This document shows positions 1 to 5,400 of a stretch of DNA of 10,508 nucleotides, in pieces (position 1 is the stretch's first letter; every line of letters starts with the position of its first letter). The notes beneath the pieces were generated by a model. The model was not told where the DNA came from, ran no database searches, and worked only from the letters and a program-made list of their open reading frames with translations. Made by a program: the position numbers and the translations under genes. The stretch is from Bacteroidales bacterium (lineage in GTDB: Bacteria > Bacteroidota > Bacteroidia > Bacteroidales > UBA12077). Where the stretch lies: contig JANQHR010000104.1 in assembly GCA_028282585.1 (NCBI GenBank), forward strand, positions 1-10,508, given 5' to 3'.

Positions 1-439
1 CTCTGTATTACCTGATTATATGATGCCTTCCTATTATAGCATAATAGAATCGATACCATTAACATCTAATGGTAAGGTTAACCGTAAAGCGCTGCCAGAA
101 CCGGAGGTGGTAAATAACCTCGTAAAGAAAGGCTATGTATCTCCTCAAACTGACCTGGAAAAAAAGATTTCTAATATTTGGAAAGAAATTTTACAAACAG
201 AGAAAGTAGGTATCTATGACAATTTTTTTGAAATAGGAGGTGATTCAATAAAAAGTATTCAATTACAAAAAGAATTAGAAAAACATTTTAATATAAATAT
301 CTCAATTCAGACAATATTTAATAATCCACAAATACATCATTTGGTTAACTTTTTTGAACAAAAGGATATAGAAGAAGATCAAATTAATGATAGATCTGAA
401 GGAGTAGCTTTCTTGAGTAATTTGATGAGTAATGAATAG
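1..439 (+). CDS. NRPS, 3' end (partial at window edge): C-terminal adenylation subdomain + peptidyl carrier protein + short C-terminal tail
   Basis: The frame is open from base 2 (SVLPDYMMPS...), so the ATG at 20 in the ORF track is internal. Motifs: LPDYMMP, the A10 catalytic-Lys motif LTSNGKVNRKAL, and the PCP motif DNFFEIGGDSI (Ser codon 245-247). Stop TAG at 437-439. No TE or E domain follows. Confidence 0.95.
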   Translation, partial: SVLPDYMMPSYYSIIESIPLTSNGKVNRKALPEPEVVNNLVKKGYVSPQTDLEKKISNIWKEILQTEKVGIYDNFFEIGGDSIKSIQLQKELEKHFNINISIQTIFNNPQIHHLVNFFEQKDIEEDQINDRSEGVAFLSNLMSNE

Positions 440-530
440 AAAAAATAATAAAGAAATATGCAAATATAAATGGGTAAGAAATAGCTAGTCGGTTTCCAGA
501 AGAAAAAAGATCGGAGAGTTTTGGTTAATT
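359..530 (+). repeat. Diverged direct repeat, copy 1, of the NRPS-tail/PKS-start junction (partner 2263-2448)
   Basis: Shares ATATAGAAGAA, TGATAGATCTGAAGG, GAGTAATTT and AAGAAATATGCAAATATAAATGGGT-AGAAATAGCT with 2263-2448, followed by weaker similarity through the RFPE...FW codons. Ends are approximate. Confidence 0.92.
448..528 (+). pseudogene. Dead remnant of the PKS 5' end (KS N-terminus)
   Basis: Reads ATA-KKYANING-TAA-EIA-SRFPEEK versus MKKYANINGLEIAVIGMAGRFPEAK at 2348. Start ATG>ATA (448-450), Leu TTA>TAA (475-477), 15-nt deletion of VIGMA, and a later 1-nt frameshift. Confidence 0.88.
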
Positions 531-558
531 TTTTTCTGTGATTTGCTCAAACTGTTAA

Positions 559-586
559 TGCAAAAATTATTACTTTTTGCAAAAAG
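559..586. other. Overlapping inverted repeats (hairpin or operator-like)
   Basis: TGCAAAAA-ttattac-TTTTTGCA (559-581) overlaps the perfect 14-bp palindrome CTTTTTGCAAAAAG (573-586). Function unknown. Confidence 0.35.
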
Positions 587-637
587 CTTTGTTTATATTG
601 CTGATCTTTTCAGATTACCTGTCAAACTATGGAGAGG

Positions 638-655
638 TTGAGGATTGTTTCTCAA
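638..655. promoter_or_regulatory. Palindromic operator-like site 1 upstream of lspA
   Basis: TTGAG-gattgttt-CTCAA. Its first 9 bases (TTGAGGATT) recur in the palindrome at 725-743. Confidence 0.35.
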
Positions 656-668
656 GCTACACTTTTAA

Positions 669-697
669 TTGACACATAAAAGAAGTAACAATAAAAT
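669..697 (+). promoter_or_regulatory. Canonical sigma70-like promoter candidate upstream of lspA
   Basis: TTGACA (669-674), 17-bp spacer, TAAAAT (692-697). The AT-rich background raises the chance of a random match. Confidence 0.45.
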
Positions 698-719
698 ATT
701 ATGAAAAACAGTTGACAGA

Positions 720-748
720 AATTATTGAGGATTAAATCTTCAATAATT
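720..748. promoter_or_regulatory. Long inverted repeat (operator site 2 or terminator/attenuator hairpin)
   Basis: AATTATTGAGGATT-A-AATCTTCAATAATT has 14-bp arms with one mismatch (a G.U pair in RNA) and is followed by the T-rich run ATTCTTTTATTT. Confidence 0.5.
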
Positions 749-772
749 ATTCTTTTATTTAAGGCTTTTTTA

Positions 773-780
773 TAGCTTTA
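773..780 (+). promoter_or_regulatory. Possible Bacteroidota -7 promoter element for lspA
   Basis: TAGCTTTA differs from the TAnnTTTG consensus at the last base and lies ~40 nt before the lspA ATG. No clear TTTG -33 element. Confidence 0.3.
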
Positions 781-821
781 CGCGCAATTGTGTTAATATG
801 AAAATTTAACAGAAATTGAAT

Positions 822-1439
822 ATGTCCATGGGAAAAAAAACAATACTAATTATATCGCTCATTCTTATTGCTGATCAGTCACTTAAAATCTGGGTAAAAA
901 CCAGTATGTATCTTGGTGAATCGATACCTGTGATAGGTAATTGGTTTATCATACGTTTTGTTGAAAATGATGGAATGGCCTACGGGATAGATATTCCTGG
1001 CAAATTCGGAAAAATGGCACTCAGTCTTTTTCGGATTATTGCCGTGGGAGCTATTGGCTATTACCTGCATATACTCATTAAGAAAAAAGCTCGAAATGGT
1101 TTGATTATTTGTTTGTCCTTTATATTTGCCGGTGCCATGGGTAATATTTTAGACAGCATGTTCTATGGCTTGATATTTAATGAAAGTTCCTTGACTCAAA
1201 CTGCCGAATTTTTACCGGCAAATGGAGGATATAATTCCTTTCTTCATGGGGACGTAGTCGATATGTTTTATTTTCCAATTTTGGAATACACCTATCCTAA
1301 ATGGTTTCCATTATGGGGAGGCCAAACATCTACTTTCTTTAATGCAATTTTTAATCTGGCCGATTCATTTATTACCATCGGTATAATTTCTATTCTGCTT
1401 TTTAATAGAGAAATTTTAAGGAAAAGTATTGAGGCGTAG
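822..1439 (+). CDS. lspA: Lipoprotein signal peptidase (signal peptidase II, aspartyl peptidase family A8), long Bacteroidota-type form
   Basis: Motifs ADQSLKIWV, ENDGMAYG, GAMGNILDS, HGDVVDM (catalytic Asp 1260-1262) and IFNLADS (catalytic Asp 1362-1364). About four hydrophobic helices. The insertions FYGLIFNES...GGY and YPKWFPLWGG are typical of Bacteroidota LspA. ATG 822 preferred; TTG 816 or ATG 828 are possible. Stop TAG 1437-1439. Confidence 0.96.
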   Translation: MSMGKKTILIISLILIADQSLKIWVKTSMYLGESIPVIGNWFIIRFVENDGMAYGIDIPGKFGKMALSLFRIIAVGAIGYYLHILIKKKARNGLIICLSFIFAGAMGNILDSMFYGLIFNESSLTQTAEFLPANGGYNSFLHGDVVDMFYFPILEYTYPKWFPLWGGQTSTFFNAIFNLADSFITIGIISILLFNREILRKSIEA

Positions 1440-1723
1440 GAAATAAGTATATCCCATTCTACCATAACTTGAGATATTTGAGTTGTTTGTACTTTGCTCA
1501 TTTTATATCTATAAACCATTTTCCGAGGTCATCCTTAGTGATCCAATTTTCATATGTAATGATTGTTTTTTGTTTGCTTTTTATTGTTTCATATTTGTTA
1601 TTTATGAAATGAATATGAGGAATTTGACCATGATATTTTAGAATGGAGACCAATTTAAATACGGTGTCAATTTTATCCAAGATGTCATTACCCTAATCTC
1701 GCCCAAATTCTCTAAACTGGATT

Positions 1724-2248
1724 GTAATTACTATAGTAGGGAAGGTAATTTACCTGGTTAATCACATTTGTTACGAGACTTAAACTAGCTGAATGAGATT
1801 TACCATCACAAATGGAGCCAGGCTATCAGAATACTTTATCATATTTCTTTGAACCTAGAAAAACAAATGAGTGTCTCAGTTTATCATAACTATAATCCTG
1901 GAAGGTATCAAATTGGAAAGCAACTTGATTATTTGATAAACTATAATTTGCACATGAAAAAGTAGAACTAATAAAATTTCAAAATCGATTGAAAAAGTAT
2001 CGTAATTTTATTTTTACTTCTCTAGAGCCATTTGAATTTCCTCCAGATTATAATGCCTCTGAAAGAGCTATCCAAAATGTTAAGGTAAAATAAAAAGTGT
2101 TTGATCAATCCAGAGCAGCCAATGGTGCATTTCGATTTGCTATGTATGGATCAATGACAGATATAATAATCAAAAATGAACAGAAGGATTTAAGTCCTTT
2201 TCAAAATATAGCTAATTTATAAACTGATCTGTAATCCTGATTAATAAT
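1724..2248 (+). mobile_element. Degenerate, internally deleted IS66-family element (TnpC transposase C-terminal pseudogene ~1762-2234)
   Basis: Manual translation gives SHLLRDLN*LNEIYHHKWS... then a frameshift at ~1953, then ELIKFQNRLKKYRNFIFT...PPDYNASERAIQNVKVK*KVF...GAFRFA...IKNEQ. This matches the IS66 TnpC hallmarks AHLLR and PPDNNASERAIRxxKVKQKxSG. In-frame stops at 1786, 2091 and 2220. Possible decayed ends GTAATTACT (1724) and CCTGATTAATAAT (2236-2248). Confidence 0.85.
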
Positions 2249-2262
2249 TTAAAAAATAACCC

Positions 2263-2448
2263 CAAAGAATATAGAAGAATAACAGAATGATGATAGATCT
2301 GAAGGGGGAGTTTTTCGGAGTAATTTAATGAATAGGAGAAAAAAACAATGAAGAAATATGCAAATATAAATGGGTTAGAAATAGCTGTAATAGGTATGGC
2401 TGGTCGTTTCCCTGAAGCAAAAAATATTGAGGAATTTTGGGATAATTT
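2263..2448 (+). repeat. Diverged direct repeat, copy 2, of the NRPS-tail/PKS-start junction (partner 359-530)
   Basis: See copy 1. It begins ~15 bp after the putative IS66 right end and runs into the intact PKS start. Confidence 0.92.
2265..2351 (+). pseudogene. Orphan remnant of the NRPS 3' end
   Basis: Reads KNIEE*QNDDRSEGGVFRSNLMNRRKKQ* versus KDIEEDQINDRSEGVAFLSNLMSNE* in the upstream NRPS. Internal TAA at 2280-2282. Its TGA (2349-2351) overlaps the PKS ATG (ATGA). Confidence 0.85.
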
Positions 2449-5400
2449 AAGGCAAGGAAAAGAATCAATTTCAAGATTTACTAACGAAGAACTGATCGAA
2501 AGTGGTTTCAATAAAGAAATATTAGATAATCCCAAATATGTAAAAGCTAAAGGGTATATAAAAGATATCGAATATTTTGACAATGAATTATTTGGGTATT
2601 CGCCTGTAGAAAGTCAATTAATGGATCCTCAATTTAGATTGTTACAAGAATGTGTGTGGGAGGCTTTAGAAAATGCAGGATATGCAAACAATACTTACAA
2701 TGGTAATGTAGGTATTTATGCTGGAGCAAATTTCAATTTTCAATGGCAGGAAATGCTTAGATCAGTCAAAACGTTTGATTTTTTAAATACTTCATTTTAT
2801 AATTGCAGAGAATATTTAACTACACAATTATCTTATAAACTTAATCTAAAAGGCCCAAGTGTTCCTATTATTACCGCTTGTTCAACATCGTTGGTTGCAG
2901 TTCATATTGCATGCCAGGGATTATATATAAGGGATTGTAATATTGCACTTGCAGGCGGGGTATCAATATCTCTTCCAAAAAAATCAGGATACCTTTACCA
3001 GGATGGAATGATTTATTCTAAAGATGGGCATTGCCGTGCATTTGATGCAGAAGCCAGTGGAACTGTTTTTGGTGATGGAGCTGGAGTGGTTGTTTTAAAA
3101 AGACTTAAAGATGCGTTAAAAGATGGTGATTCAATTTATGCTGTCATAAAAGGTTCTGCAATTAATAATGATGGAAATCGAAAAATGGTCTTCTCAGCCC
3201 CTAGTGTTCTTGGTCAGAAAAAAGTAATTAGTGATGCTTTTGCAATTGCAAATATTAATTTTGAGGATATTGGTTATATTGAAACACATGGAACAGGTAC
3301 TAAAATTGGAGATCCAATTGAAATAGAGGCTTTAACAAAAGCGTTTAATACCCCAAAGAAGAATCTTTGTAAAATAGGATCAGTAAAAACAAATGTGGGT
3401 CACTTAGGTATTGCTTCAGGAATTACTGGTTTTATAAAAACAGTTTTAACATTAAAAAATGGACAAATACCACCAAGTCTGAATTATAAAAAATCTAATG
3501 AAGCAATTAATTTTAAAAAAAGTCCATTTAATGTAAATACTACTCTTTTTCACTGGATAGATAATGATAATTCTAGAAAAGCAGGAGTAAGTTCTTTTGG
3601 AATAGGGGGAACAAATGCCCATGTTGTTCTTGAAGAAGCCCCGGAAACAAGAAAATCAGGTTCTAATCGTAGGAATCAGCTATTGCTTTTTTCAGCCAAA
3701 AGTGAACTATCTCTAAATAAATATATTGATAGCTTCATTCAATTTGCAAAAAACAATACAAACTTAAATATTGCAGATTCGTCATATACTTTAAGTGTTG
3801 GGAGAGAGACCTTTGAATATAAAAAGCACCTAGTATATAATGAGAATGTTGACTTTATTAATAAATTGAATGAACTAAAAGAAGAAAGCATACATAATCA
3901 AATTGTTAAAGAAAGAAAACAAGTTGTATTTATGTTTCCTGGACAGGGAAATCAATATATTAATATGGCAAAGGGGCTTTATGATAATGAACCAATTTTT
4001 AAAGCCTATATCGATAAATGCAATACTCTACTTAAGATTAATACGAATAAGGATATTTTAGAAATTGTATTTGCTGCTGACAATAATTTATCAATCAATC
4101 AAACAAACAATGCTCAAATTGCCCTTTTTATTATTGAATATTCCCTGGCAAGTACATTACTGCAACTTGGAATACAACCTGATGCTATGATTGGCCATAG
4201 TATTGGCGAATATGTAGCAGCATGTTTATCAGGAGTTTTTACACTAGAAGATGCCATTTCATTGGTAAATATTAGAGGAGAAGTGATGTTGTCGGCTCCT
4301 TCGGGTTCAATGTTATCCATAAGAATTTCTGAAAAAAAATTACTGGAAATAATTCCAAATGAAATTGAGATTTCAGTGGTTAATACTCCTGAAGATTTTG
4401 TTGTTTCAGGAACAAAGGACGAAATTCAAAAGTTTAAAGAAGTATTGGATAGTAAAAAAATTCAAAACCATTTATTGCAAACTTCCCATGCATTTCATTC
4501 AAAATTGATGGATTCTGTTTTAACTGATTTTAAAATGAAAATTAGTGATATAAAATTCAATGAACCAAGAATTCCATTTATTTCAAATATTACTGGGAAT
4601 TGGATTACAAGCAATCAGGCAACAGATATTCAATATTGGACTGAACATATCAGAAAGCCAGTACAATTCTCCACAGGATGCTATAAAATCTTTAATATTA
4701 TACCAGATATATTATTAGAGGTAGGGCCTGGAAATAGTTTGCAGTATTTCATTGGTAAACATCCTAATGAAAACAATAAACAAATTGTTATACCATTAAT
4801 TCGTCATCCAAAACAAAATACTGAAGATGATTTTATTTTTATAAAAATAATAGGTGCCTTATGGGAACAAGGAATTGATATAAATTGGGAAAATTATTTT
4901 GCAACTGAAAAAAGAAACAGAATTCCTCTTCCAACTTATGAATTTGATAAAAAACGATTTTGGATTGACTCTCAAAATCAAGAATCATTAACAAATACAT
5001 CCCTTTCAAAGAATAAAAATACTGATGAATGGTTTTATATACCTTCATGGAAAAAGTTTAAACCAATAATTAATACAAAAGCAAGCAAATTTAGTAAATG
5101 GTTAATTTTTAACAATGAAAACGATTTTGGTAACAAACTTACAGAACAACTTGAAGCTCAAAATAAACAGATTGTAAATGTTCTTATTGGTGAACAATTT
5201 AGTAAGAATAAAGATGAATTTGAAATCTCAGCAAGCAATAAAGGAGATTACATAAAACTTTTCAATGATTTCAAAAAGAATGGAAATATACCGGATTGTA
5301 TCGTACATCTCTGGAATTTAGACTATTCTCAATCAGAAGAAAATGTTAATTTAGAGAATCAACTAAATAAAAGTTTCTACAGTTTATTATATCTGGCACA

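Noticed and set aside
619-718. CTGTCAAACT ... AGTTGACAG imperfect inverted repeat, as a possible MITE
   Set aside because: It needs a gap, is only ~9 bp, and has no second copy or target duplication in the window.
879-1519. Minus-strand ORFs 879-1070 and 1292-1519
   Set aside because: Antisense shadows of lspA with no recognisable motifs.
667-1672. 9-bp inverted repeat AATTGACAC (667-675) / GTGTCAATT (1664-1672) flanking lspA, as possible element ends
   Set aside because: Short and AT-rich, with no extension and no target duplication seen. The left copy is also the -35 candidate. Compatible with chance.
359-2448. Junction duplication as an assembly artefact or an IS target-site duplication
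   Set aside because: The copies differ by many substitutions and indels with reciprocal inactivation, unlike an assembly duplicate, and are far longer than the ~8-bp IS66 target duplication.
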